The translations under genes were made by a program, and so were the position numbers. The notes beneath the pieces are model-generated. The model saw nothing but the letters and a program-made list of their open reading frames with translations, did no database searches and was not told where the DNA came from. Positions 50,401 to 62,596 of a DNA stretch of 64,000 bases are shown here, one piece after another. How positions within the stretch are numbered: the first letter of the stretch is position 1; every line of letters starts with the position of its first letter. Source of the stretch: Paraspadella gotoi (Eukaryota; Animalia; Chaetognatha); the NCBI GenBank assembly GCA_051294375.1, contig CM119265.1:964089-1028088 (forward strand), in the 5' to 3' direction.

Positions 50401-53400
50401 CCCGACCGCCGAACGAGAAAGGCGAAAGCGCCCCTCGCCGCTAGCCGACCAGATTTGGGTGGATCTAGCCGGGACAAAACCCAGCCCGACCCCGCGACGA
50501 ACGGCGGCCGTGACCGCCTCGGGAACAGTTACATACCAGCCGTAGTGAGCGGCGCGCCTGCAAGTTGCCTCTACGGACACGGCGCCTCCAATCAACACGA
50601 CCAAGAAGATCTGTCGACGAGTGGTCCCTACACAGAAAGATCTTATTGAGGAACACCGGTCCGAGATCACACTGGAATGGCGTCGGGTCATAAAGAGACT
50701 AAATCTGAGAGTAATGTTTCCCAGAACTGGGTCCTAGACACAGTTTTTTCGTCTCGCCAGACGAGAGGACAAGATTACATAATCGGCACCGCCACCACGG
50801 ATCCAGGCCCAGCGGAGGAGATGTGGGTAGTGGCACCAGCGCAAACAAAAGGTATGCAAGTTGCTTACATGCAAAAAAACCCCATAACGCACCGTCAAGA
50901 ACAAACGGACGCGCTCAAAAGCCGCGAGGATGGCTAGCCCACCGCTGCGTCGACGAGGAGACGCAAATCCCGTTGTACGCCGAAAGAGACGAGGGAACTG
51001 CCGGGGTGACGGTGAGAGCGCAGGACGTACTGGAAAATCCCTTGCTGAGCGAAATGGATCATCGAATCAGCCGATGAAAAAACGACCTGTTTTGCTCAGC
51101 AAGCAGAAAGGCTCCGCATGCGTCGAATTGCCCCCGGCGCCCCGGGTTTCTGGGGGAAGCTAGGCTTGATCATCACGGAAGAAGCGAGGGACGAACTTGG
51201 CCTCAAAACGAGATCACCGCCAGACCGTACAAGTGATTTATCAGGCGAATCGCCACGACTACGAAAAGTCAGAAAGAAATTATTCCACCGACAACGATCG
51301 TTCACCACGAACCGTCGGAAGCCGAGATCGAAGCCGCCCATGAGGCCAGAGAAAGACGCCGAACAAAGCACGACGACAGAGGCAAAGACGAATTTCCTCC
51401 GCCCGTTCAAGGAAATAGATAAATCCCTAGCGGATAAGGCAAAAATCGTCTGGACGTTCGTCTGGGAATCGAGATGTGTTTTGGCGAAACTTATAAATGA
51501 CGTGCAAGGAGGGCTTCCTAAATTATAAAGTCCGATCCTAGGATTCACAAAGAGAAAACTTACCAAAGCCCAGATTCGTAAATCAAGGCCCATAAAGAAG
51601 GCGCACTAAAACGATACCTCGAAGTGTACGAAAAGCCGGCGTTGTGTCAAGAACCTCAGGGGAAGCGTACTCAAAACGCGTTCCTCTAAAGAAAGCCAAA
51701 TCACACGGCCGAAAATCAAAGAGAAATGGATGACGAAACATTCGCGAAACAATGGCGCCTCATATGTGACTTATCAGCGTGTGAACAATTAACTATCGAC
51801 TTTTGCTACTGAACCTCAGACAATAGCCGTCGATACTGGAGGGATATAAACCTCACGAGCTCCATGCTCAGTCGACATTCTCGATGTTTCACCAAGTTAA
51901 ATCTACCGACAGATGCAAGCCAGTCACGCTTTCGCCGGGTGCTGGCCACAATTGGCAGATGAATAAGTTCAATGGGAGGAGTAAACAGCATAATTACTCC
52001 AGGCCATCCTTGACGAGATATTCGCGACCTGGGTAGGGAGTGAAAGGTTTCCTCATCTCACGTCGACGACCCTCATCCTCACCGCAAAATCACCGGAAGA
52101 GATGGCACAATGACTCAGAGAATTCCTCGAATATGCAGACGAGAGAACGTGTCCTCAAAGTGGACGAAAAGTGTCCTCCTCCGAAAGGACGACATCAAAA
52201 TACTCGGATCCAGCATTCGAGAGCAAGCTCGGCCACAGCGCGAAAAACTAGAGCACAGGTGGGGAAGTGAAAATTGCGCGAAATGAAACGCAAAAGGACC
52301 TTAGAGCCCTGCTTGCTTCTCTAAATTACTACGCTGCTTTCACTACCGGTTCTCCTTACTTGGCGCAGCCGTTGCATGCCCTGACGCTGTGTCGACAAGG
52401 CAAATTCCGTTTTGACGAGACGCACAAGAAGGCCCTCGAAACGCTGGTAGAAGAGATAAAATCAACACCCAGGGTTAAATTTCTAAACGAATGCCAAAAA
52501 TAAAGAATGCGAATACAAGATAGACGCCGACACCAGCACGAGCGCAATGGGAGGGCTCATCACAGCCAAGCAGAAAGGGGTAGAATACCCACTGTGGTTT
52601 TTCACTCAAGTCATTCCCGGAGGAATACAGAATAAAAACACATTAATCTCCTAGAAACGCTGGCATTTAACATGATGGTAAGAAATTCAAAGGCTACATC
52701 TGCTGGACGAAGGTGGCGCTAATACACGGACTCAACAATACTTTAAACGAGTCATGGAAAATGCAAACACGACCAAACAACAACTCTTACCGACGAATGT
52801 GCTAAGGTGGATAACCGAGATCAAGCAGGAGTGCACCCGTCCCGAGGTGATCTTATAAAGAGTGAAGACAACCCCCGCCGACTTCCTAACGCGTTTTACC
52901 GAACAAGGACAAATAACCCATTGGACACGCCTTTCCTCCCCGCGGGATTCGATGTCGATGGCGAATACGAAGCGGGATACACCGAAAACCCCCATAACGG
53001 GGAAACTTGGCCCGGACACCTGGAACTGAGAACAGGTGGAGCGCCGACCCTGCCATTAATAGCNNNNNNNNNNNNNNNNNNNNNNNNNAATTTTTGATTC
53101 ACTCCATTGAGTGGGGTTACCCCTATTAACAGTTAAGCGAATTTCCTAAAAAATTAACGGTTATCGGATCTCTACTCCCAATTATCTTGCATTTATATTC
53201 ATTTAAAGATACTCGTATTTTGTGATAAATTTCCGTAAAATGATTGCATGATAAATTGTAAATTAAACGGTTCAATTTTAAAAGGGGCGTTGCCATGACA
53301 ACCGTAACACTTATCGCCCTCTCCGCTTCAGGCGACGCGACGCCGCCGAATATCCTCGACCCTCCCCCCCTCCCGTCGTCGGATCCTGACTCGGCCGCGC

Positions 53401-56400
53401 CTTACAGCGATGGCAAAGTCCAAACTTGGCTCGCGGTCAATTCCCCGCATTTCGTGTTGCCTCCATCGCCGATGGCTACAATGGACGGTAAAGGATTATT
53501 AATAATAAGAGATATTGTGGCAGTACCACTTGCCTCACCGCTGTCCGTCCCGGGCCCCGTTTAAATGACATCATCTCGTCTAAACCGTGCGTCGCGGGTT
53601 TAATCCTTGAATATCCTGGTGACTGGACTGAATTAAACAATCCAGCAACAGGATACGGTTCACAAAGGGTCCACAGCCCCTATCCTAGTTTATCTGATAC
53701 CCCGTGCCTCGGGTATCAACAGCCTTAAATTATTTCTAATGCTTAGTCTATTTCTCTCCCTCCCATCCCTGTTTCTCTTTCCTTTAGATGACCTCTCCTC
53801 AGAAGTCAGCGCTTCCAACGATTCTTCATCTGATCACGTTAACTTTGCTTCTACCGGCGTCGTTAACGGCGACACCGTTAATGGCTCCGTTCCCGCCATC
53901 AACAGCGGCGTCGTTAGTGGAGTCCTGGCTAGCGTCCCTCCGTCTGATATGAGATATCTACCTAACGGCGTGGCCTACTGTCCGACTTCTTATCCCACCG
54001 GCACTATCCCTCGCCCAGTCACTTCAGCCGGCGTCGTTAATTACCCCTTTGCATCTACTGGCAATACGCATTATGCCATCACATCTACTGGCAACACGCA
54101 TTACCCCATCTCATCTTCCAGCACTGCTCTTCACCATGTCACCTCCGCTGGCGTTGCTAATTATCCTGTCACTGTGGCTGGATCCTTCACCTACCCAGTC
54201 ACATCTGCAGAATCTGGACCGCATCCAATCACATCTGCCGGTGACACTTCTTATCCCATCTCGTCAGCCAGCACTGTTAATTTCCTTGTCACATCTACTG
54301 GCCCTACTCACCCTGTCACATCAGCAAGTGCTACTCACCCTTTGACATCAGCAAGTGCCGTTCCTCATGCCATCGTGTCTGAAGGTCCTCATTCTGTCAC
54401 ATCTGCTGGCAATAATCATCATCCCGTCCCATCTGCTGGCAATACTTCTCATCCTATCACATCTGGAGGTCCTCTTCCCGTCACATCTGCTGGCAATACT
54501 CCGCAATCCGGCGAAATTCCCGTCCTTCATGTTGGCGTCTGTTCTCCCCCCGGCGTCGGTGGTACGGGATATCCCGTTCCTGACAACGGCTCGTCTCAAA
54601 ACGGACTCAACAACTCAATTGGTGGCAGCAGTGGCATCGCTAACGGCAGCGGCGGGAACAACGTTGCGGAAGGAGTTTTGGTGGGCGGCGGCTGCGGCGG
54701 TGGCTCCGCTAAATCGGGAAAGCATAAAAAGATCATTGGTACTACAGTTCCCGGTCGACCGGATATGATAATAGGTTCTAACATGTTAATTTTATTGATA
54801 GAATTTATATTAAATTGAATTGTGTTCGTTAAGATAAAGTAAGGGAAATTGAGATCCTGAAAATAAATCGTTCAATGTGATTAAACCTTTCCCCCCTTCT
54901 CCCTAATTCTAATTTCGCCCTCAGGAGAGGACGGGAACCCGCGACCCAAGAAATATCAGAACTCCTACATGTTGTTCTGTCGCGATCATCGCTCGATCGT
55001 CGCCAAGGAAAATCCAGAGGCCACGCCCATCGAGGTCGCTCGGATTTTGGGACAAAGATGGCGGGATCTCTCTCCGGGTGAGTTAGAGAGAGATGGAATG
55101 AAGTATTATAAACTCACCCACGTCCTAAAACTAAATTCGTTTCCTTACCTTCTCGCCAGAGACGAAGCGACCTTACCAAGATCAAGCAAGAAAGGACAAG
55201 GACGAGTGGGTTGCCAAATATGGAGATTACAAAAATTTGGCGGGAATTCCGAAGAGGAAGTTGAAGACGTCTGGAAGCAGCAGCGGCGGCTGCGGCGGGG
55301 GCGGCAGCGCCAAAAAGCCAGCCCAAAATGGATCGTTGACCCCTGGCGGTCACTTTGCCGCTCAAAGTAAGTTTACTTTGTCTTTGCATCCTAAAATGTT
55401 AATCTTTAAATGTTATGGCTTATGATTAAAATGTTAGTCTTAATGTGTTAATTTTAATGTTTTTCTTAAATGTTTTTCTTTAAATGTTAATATTTAAATG
55501 TATTAATCCTAAAATATTAAACTTTGAATGAAATTGGTACGACCAAATTATCCATTCATTTAATAAATAAGCTATCTTGCCCCTGACTTTGTCCTTAGAA
55601 TGTTAATCTTAAAATCTACGTACTCCTCTCATATTTAAGCCCCCACCCCGATTTGTTTCCAGGCAACGTTCAACAACAAACGACGATCACAGTTTTCCCA
55701 GATCAAGATCGATCTTGTCTGGAATCGATTTCTCCCTCATCCTCCTCCATGCCAGCCTCTTCCATGCCCGCCTCTTCCATGCCTCAAAACTCGATGCCCG
55801 ATGGTTGGACAAACGCTGGAAGTCATTTTTCGGGTGAGTTATTAAGAAAATAAAGTCGTTGGTTTAATTTGAAAAATTTAAATCAACTTGAAAGGAAATA
55901 ACAAAGAATAAAAACTTTGTTTACAAACAAAACGTTTGTACGATTGTACGTTAGAGTGGAGCACTCAAGAACAAAAAATTTATTTGAATTATTGAACAAG
56001 GATATTTAGATGTGAGATAGTATGATTAACTATTACAAAAAATATTTTGTTCATATATAATGTTCAATCACTCAATCTTTTCATCACTCCACCCTATTGT
56101 ACGTGTATTGTATTGTATTGTACAAACGTGTTACGTGAATTAAAAAAATAATCGAACTGACTTGAAAAAGAATAAATATAACAATGTTCAAATGTGAATA
56201 ATAATAATATTTTATTTCGATAAAAAAGGAGAGAAAATACAGTTGTTTTGTTTTTTTTCTTAAGATTCGAGTTGTAACTTTTTTTGAATATGAAGGACGA
56301 CGACGACAATAACGACGACCAATTGAGGATTCACGGTAGTTCGGTGAAAGGATTCTTCGTGACTGAAGTCATCTTGATGACTGTGATCAATTCGAGTCAC

Positions 56401-57253
56401 CAGAGTGTGATGGGATTGTGAACTTTGCCATCTCTAGTGAATTTACATATATGACAACCTGCTCCACCTACTTTTATTCCTCCTCCCCCAACCCGCTCCA
56501 GCTTCCCGCCCCACTTCCCCCGACGCCTCCTCCACTGGCATTTCAGAAAAGCTCTCCCAATTCCGCGTCGGCCGATCCGCTCCTTCCGAAGCCGTCAGCC
56601 ACTCTCAGCCGCAATGGCCCGCCCAGGGCTATCCCAACGCCCCGTCGCGCCCTCGATCCTTCGACGCTCAATCCATCGTTTCTCCGCCGACTCATTCCGG
56701 CAGCCCCGTCTTTTATCCGGCCGACCGTCGCCCGTCCGGCTGCCCGTCCGGCGACCCTCCCGGCCAATCCGTCTCTACGGGTCATTCTCTTCCTCTTCCT
56801 TCTACCAGTCATCAAACCTTCTCTTCTCTTCTTCCTCCTGTCAGCGCCATTCCATTTCATTCGCCCTACAACTTTCCCGCCACCGCAGCAGCAGCGAATC
56901 CCTGGGGCGGCGGAGGCGGCGGCGTGCTGCCGGGCATCTCTTTCGGCGGCGTCCTCGGCGTCGGCGGTGGTGATGGACCAGACGCTGATTATTTCAAATC
57001 TCAATTCGCTTGGTCGATTCCCGATCCTCATGTCCGACAATCGAGCGACGCTTCCCCGACTACCCCGACAACGACGACGCCCGAAGGCGGCGTCAATACG
57101 ACGCGGCCAACTCCAGGCGCCGAGGTTAATTCGACGCCGGGTCACGCCCACTTTTTGGCGCCGCAACAGATTGCGTTTTATTCCGGCGTCGAGAATTATT
57201 ACTGGGGCGCCGAGGGGATTCCGCCTTATGGAGGAGGAGAATTCACTGAGTAA
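44425..57253 (+). CDS. Single HMG-box protein (non-SOX type) with long low-complexity flanks
   Basis: Phase-1 exons 44425-44515, 53332-53487, 53788-54774, 54925-55077, 55160-55366, 55663-55833 and 56502-57253. HMG box RPKKYQNSYMLFCRDHRSIVAKENPEATPIEVARILGQRWRDLSP|ETKRPYQDQARKDKDEWVAKY. Linking the first exon across the 8.8-kb intron is inferred. Confidence 0.82.
44998..45622 (-). mobile_element. Two nearby copies of SINE-like family A (44998-45224 and 45407-45622)
   Basis: Reverse-complement matches to 4121-4349. Confidence 0.8.
47444..47570 (+). mobile_element. Penelope-like pLTR remnant with a minimal hammerhead motif (47444-47483)
   Basis: GCG-CTGATAA-A-GACTT-GAAACA-GAGTC-GAAAC-CTGTC, then AATAAAATTGTAGTTGTAA...AAAGGATACCA tail shared with the other copies. 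Confidence 0.65.
47651..53063 (+). mobile_element. Heavily frameshifted Ty3/gypsy LTR retrotransposon in intron 1 of the HMG-box gene; truncated by a gap, left boundary approximate
   Basis: LTR-like region with AATAAA (about 48018) and PBS-like TGGTGGCAG (48064). Broken protease DTGAS motif (about 50575), RT WRLICD..RVN (about 51753) and xVDDxL (about 52060), connection KDLRALLASLNYYAAF...LAQPLHALT, and RNase H-like DTS..AMG and LETLA. Confidence 0.8.
53289..53302. promoter_or_regulatory. Near-palindromic RFX X-box GTTGCCATGACAAC
   Basis: One mismatch to GTTGCCATGGCAAC, 30 nt upstream of HMG-gene exon 2. Confidence 0.5.
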
Positions 57254-58391
57254 ATTGTGACAATTGCGTCGTGACGGTGTCAACGTGACAGCGTCGACGT
57301 GACACGAACGTTGCGGGATGACGTCGTCACTCAACGTGACGCGTTAACGAGTCCGTCCCTTTTTGTATCGATCGTGCCTTTGTCACGCTCGCCGTAGCAG
57401 TGGTTGCAAAGGGCATGCAAATGTTTCTCTGAATTAATTCTAATATTGTCTATGATGAAATCACAAACTTGGCGATAGGTGATAATTTTTAAATGAGATT
57501 TTTATTAATATTATGCGTTTAATATATTTTTCGTGACTACCGCGTTTCTCTAAATGTTTTCTCAGAATCTCGTTCTGCGCTTTTTATTTTGTTTTATGAC
57601 AACCCCATCTATCTCAAATAAAATTCATATTTCATTATCGTTTTAATGTTTTTTTGTTTTGTTTTGTTTTTTTTTTTACCAAATGACACTTTTTTAAATA
57701 TTGAATTTTTTTACGAATGTTTTTATAAATTGAAACCCAATCAACAGTGAAATCAATTAATTATTGAATTAAATTCATTAATCAATAAGTAAATTCAAAC
57801 CCTAGCTAAAAGAGACTTTCAATTATTTGGTTCAGTTAGTGTAATTTTTTATCTTCTTCTTTGTTGTGTGATGGTGTAACCTTTCGAGTGGCCGAGTAGT
57901 TCTAGCTTTTGTATTTCTTTTTTTATCTGTACATCTTTGTTTATAATTTTTGGTGTCATTTTTTTAAAACAAATTTTCGAGTTTTTTTTTTATGGGAGAT
58001 TTTTATTAAAAACGTTTTTATTTCTGTTAAAATATAAAATTGCGAAAAATCGTTTCTCTTTAATTCGGTTTAGCTGTAATTTACAATGAGGGACGCTAAC
58101 TACATTTCATTTTAAAGTAATATAACTCTTATTAGTTTTAAAAGCTTTTAATTATTATAGCAAGTTTTAGCAACTGCGAAGAATCTCAAAGGTAAGCAAA
58201 GTTCTAAAGATGCATGAAAAGAAAGAAAATCACTATTATCGCTAATTCCCTGAAAAGCAATAATCCGTTTTTTTTTTTGTTTTTTTTACAAAAACCTTTT
58301 TTCTTTTCAATCCGACTGGGATATATTCACAATTATATTCGCATAAATGTTTTCCCCATCTCATTTCTTTGGTTTCCCACTGCTTCCCATC

Positions 58392-59781
58392 TCATATCCT
58401 CTCCCAGTTCTCCTTTTCTTCATCCCATCTCACTTTCCTAATCGCTCTCCATCTGCCCCTCCGGCCGCCGGCGATCCTTTCCGGCAGCGAACGCCCTTTC
58501 CTGATGCTAAACCACTCTGAAGTGCAATCGCTCTTGTTGAGAATTCCCTCCATCGTACAGAAGCAGCCGATGCGTACATTGTTCATCCAGATGTGGATCG
58601 GAGCGCCGGGGTAACACCTGTTCCAATTTGGATGGGATCCGGGGAGGGTTGTTGCAATTACGGGATTGTGTCCACATTGATTTCATAACCTTCATTCGAT
58701 AAATAAGCTGTCTTGCCCAAGACTTTAAAACATTCTAGGGTCGGTTCAGAACTCTCTCTTTCTTACAAGATGATAACATCAGGAGCCTCCTTGTGTTGGA
58801 GTTACTATTACTACTACTACTATTACTATGCAGTATCATCAAAATACTGTGTATAAAAATGCGACCACCCATATAAAGTATACTATAAGTAATATTTTTC
58901 TTAAGTATCGCTTTGATTGCAACCAACCTACCACCATCTACTGAACTCTTTCTCATCCTATTTACCCTTTTAATTGTATAAAACTGAAATGCCATTGTTC
59001 TTGTATCCTTTTGACCTCAGTTACGACCTTTTTGTTTGTATGCCACATTGTTTTGAAATTGATTCAACCAATATAAAAAAAAAATTATCCATGCATTCAA
59101 TAAATGAGCATTCTTGTCCCTGACTTTGGACTGGCTAGGGTGGTTGCAGGCCTCACAAGATAATAACATAGCAGGTCCGTGAAAGCTTTTAATCGGGACT
59201 CTCTCTATCTAGTTTAGGGTGACTTTTATTTTAAGTGGTTTTTCATGGTAATTATCCTTTCTTTTTCGTTGTTTGAGAGATTAACAAAGTTTGATTTTTA
59301 TTTTGCAACGAATTTTATTTTTATAAGAGCAGACATGTTTCGGCTCACAATACGAGCCTTCTTCAGCGCACATGAGTTATGAACTTGATACAAGTTTTTA
59401 GTTAAAGTAAAGAGAGAGAGAGAGAGAGAGGGTTAAAGGTTTCCAACAAAGAATTGAGTAAGGACAGTGATCAGTGGTGAGGACAGATTTTTGGAAGTGG
59501 CTAGTTTGAATAAGTTTTGAAAAGAAGTGAAAATTGGTGAGAGAGAGAGAGAGAGAGACAAAATAAATAAATAATTACATTTGAGCAATGTACAACATAG
59601 ATAAAGATAATGGAAACTGTTTAATAACAAATTGAAATAAATTAATTTTTGAAATTGAAATTGAAAAGTTGAAAATTGAAATTGAGAAGTTGAAAATTTG
59701 AGATTTTAGAGAGATAGATAAGTAAAGATTGTAGTGAAATATAAGAATTAAGAAAGAGCTCAAAATGAGCTGGGCCCCCCC

Positions 59782-59825
<44 letters not shown>

Positions 59826-60409
59826 TTTAACTAAAAACTTGTATCAAGTTCATAACTCATGTGCGCTGAAGAAGGCTCGTATTGTGAGCCGAAACATGTC
59901 TGCTCTTATAGAAAAACTAAAATTCGTTGCAAAATAAAAATCAAACTTTGTTAAGTGGTTTTTCAAAAACCGCGGTCGGCGAAAGTAAAATTGAGCCCTA
60001 GTTTATTTACTCCCTGAAGACCTGGCTCCCCCTCACGATGAAGGTGTATAATGTTTAAAAGAAAGTTGCAATTTCATGAGAGGATCGCATCTGTTCAATT
60101 ACTATCGACTGATGGCATCTCTCCATCCTAACCATTTTCCTTTTCATTCTACCTCAGTTACCTTACCTCCTTTTTAACTCACCCGCATTTCTTAATCTCG
60201 CATTTCCACTTTCCATCGACGCAGTAGCATTGATTACAATACTCGTCCGGGCCGTAGGTCCCGTTAAGAATCTTGTCCTTTCTTTCGATCTGCATGGGAT
60301 CGCATTCCGCGTTGGGATCTCTGACTATCTCCGGTTTCTTTTGACATCCGTCGATGAGGACGACGAAGACGAGGACGACGAAGAGGAAGAGGCTTTTCGT
60401 GGAAGACAT
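58392..60409 (-). CDS. Small secreted cysteine-rich protein, pacifastin-like, 150 aa, 2 exons
   Basis: Exon 60409-60183 has a signal peptide (MSSTKSLFLFVVLVFVVLIDG) and C-x21-CNQCYCVDGKWKCEIKKC. A phase-2 splice leads to 58617-58392 CYPGAPIHIWMNNVRIGCFCTMEGILNKSDCTSEW... The CNxCxCxxGxxxCxxxxC pattern is pacifastin/VWC-fragment-like. Confidence 0.7.
59329..59369 (-). ncRNA. Minimal type I hammerhead ribozyme motif
   Basis: Minus strand reads GCG-CTGAAGA-A-GGCTC-GTATTGT-GAGCC-GAAAC-ATGTC-TGC. Confidence 0.78.
59863..59903 (+). ncRNA. Minimal type I hammerhead ribozyme motif
   Basis: GCG-CTGAAGA-A-GGCTC-GTATTGT-GAGCC-GAAAC-ATGTC-TGC: intact CUGANGA and GAAA boxes, 5-bp stem II, palindromic ACAUGU helix III and GUC cleavage triplet. 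Confidence 0.78.
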
Positions 60410-61138
60410 CGTTGTCTTATCAATAGGAGTACAGGGTGTGTCGCAAAGAATTCGAGACTGTATTGTTAAAGTTAAGACGCAATTGGTTTCATTAACCTTT
60501 TTTTAACGAAATAGTTATTCTTAATCGACGATTAATGTTTTTAGATATGAATGCTTCGAAGTTATACGAAAAAGACGTCAGTAATACGGAAGGAATAGAA
60601 ATTAAATTTGATGAAATGAAAAATCGAGGAAATAAAAAAAAAGTTTATTTGGATGTAATCTAAGGGGGAGTCCGCGTCAGAGACCCCGGTTTGATATAAA
60701 ATTAGATACAAAAATAAGAATACATTCATTTTTTATTTTTAGCTTCTTATGATCAATGTAAAGAAATCTTAATTTGAAAAAAAAATATATTAGTAACAGT
60801 AGAAAAACTTTTTATTATAAATTTTATTTTAAAACTTCCCTTAACCCTAACTACCCTTAATCCTTAATTACCCTTATTTGTTTGAGCTAGAAAATAAATT
60901 GTTTGTTTATGTACGAGTTTTATTAAGAAATAAAAATTTTAGATCTGTTTTGGCTTCAATCAGGGCAAAAAACGTATTGATTTATGAAATAAATATTTTT
61001 TCAGATTTTGAAGTTTGAAAAGAGAAAGTCTATAAAAATATTTGTTTTACAAATCAGTTTATTTTTATGCTGATGAAGGTTTACATTAAAGCTGAAACAT
61101 ATTTAAAATTTTTTTTTTTTAATTTACAACTGTCAAAA

Positions 61139-61265
61139 GCGCTGATAAAGACTCGAAAATCTCTGAGTCGAAACATGTCTGCAACTTATTAATAATAAAA
61201 TCGTTGTAACAATTCAAAATTCCTTGTAAATCTCTATACAACAATGAAAAAAAAGGATATACCAT
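61139..61265 (+). mobile_element. Penelope-like pLTR remnant with a minimal hammerhead motif (61139-61182)
   Basis: GCG-CTGATAA-A-GACTC-GAAAATCTCT-GAGTC-GAAAC-ATGTC-TGC, then AATAAAATCGTTGTAA...AAAGGATATACCA. Confidence 0.7.
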
Positions 61266-62394
61266 GGATTTTTTTTTAATAAAATTTGTTATACATATAC
61301 AAATAATTTATTTTAAACAAAAATATCAATTAAAATAAATTTAATTATTATTAATTATATAATTATAAAAATTATATTATTGTATAAAAAAGTATATATT
61401 ACTGTAAAAACAAAAAACTCGATGATATAGGGAAAATAAAATTAAATGGATTAACAAAGCACCGACCATTGGTAGCTAAGGTTGGTTGCGGACATTAAAA
61501 AAAAGTATTAAATCTAAATAAAATTCAAATTTTAATAAAAAAAATTAAAAAATTTAAATATATATGTATATTTTGTATTATTGTATTATTATAATATTGT
61601 ATTATTGTATAGTATTACTGTGCTAACAGACTCGACGTTTAAAGGAAAAAAAAAGTAATGCGAATAATAAATTACCAAGTAGTAAAGGTTAGTTATGATC
61701 ATTGAAATTTAAACTTACCTTTAATGATTTTAACCTTAATCTTTAATCATGAATATTAATCCTCAACTTAACTTTTATTTATAATTTAATTTTAAATTTA
61801 AAATTAAGAATGTTTTTAAATTTTAAACAAAACCGTGAATGTTAAGAAAATACGGCCAGATTTTTTTTTTCGCTTTCACCGAACGGGATCTCTGAAGAGC
61901 CCCAATTATGTTCGATTTTTCGAGACGAAAACGACAACAACAACGACTACAACAACAACAACGACGACTTAGGTCGCGACCTCTGAAAAGATTCTGGAAA
62001 AAATCCAGACTTTAATCTCATTAGTTCGATTTTGATGAAATAAATCTTGGACGGTTTTGGAGTAAATCTTGGTAAATCTTAGATTTGGGCGGTCGTGAGG
62101 GAAAAGGGTGTGACCAATCGGTCTCAGTATTGATTGATTATGAAAACAGGACTGACATCAGTAAAAAGTGTTGACATTTTTGGAATACAAATAAAAACGG
62201 TAATTTCAATATATTGCGCCGCAGTAACTTCCTTTCACGTGTATTTCTGAGTGATCACGTAATTAAGAACGTAATTAAGATGGCATACACTGTATCAGAA
62301 TTTAATCTTTAATTTGTTTAATTTATTTTTTAATTTGTTTAATTATTTCTTTTGTAGACATAGTGAAAGGACTTCGTTTCGTTGCGTTTTTAAA

Positions 62395-62596
62395 TTGAAA
62401 GAGAAAACAAAGTTTGTTTTTTGTTTACAAACAAAGAAGTTTATTTCTTTAAGTTTGTCCTTGGTGAAGACTCGAAAAAGAGTCGAAACATGTCCACTTA
62501 AAGAAATCAACTACGTTGTTTGTAAACAAAAACAAACTTTGTTGTCTCTTTCAATGATTTTTTTCAAAATTATAACGTTTCACAAAGGTCATACCA
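62395..62596 (+). mobile_element. Penelope-like remnant: degenerate hammerhead (about 62460-62496) inside a ~60-bp inverted repeat
   Basis: CTTGGTGA-A-GACTC-GAAAAA-GAGTC-GAAAC-ATGTC. 62395-62454 is the imperfect reverse complement of 62497-62555, and the tail reads AAAGGTCATACCA. Confidence 0.6.

Larger units (their letters stand above)
59246..59950 (-). mobile_element. Non-autonomous Penelope-like element with inverted pLTRs, one-sided tail and ~15-bp target-site duplication
   Basis: About 150-bp inverted repeats (59281-59430 and about 59800-59954), an extra 35-nt tail at 59246-59280, and direct repeat TTAAGTGGTTTTTCA at 59231-59245 and 59951-59965. Each arm carries a hammerhead motif. Confidence 0.78.

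Noticed and set aside
56418-57334. Overlapping 280-aa (+) and 263-aa (-) ORFs
   Set aside because: Shadow frames of a GC-rich terminal exon; splice phase from the upstream exon selects the frame ending at 57253.
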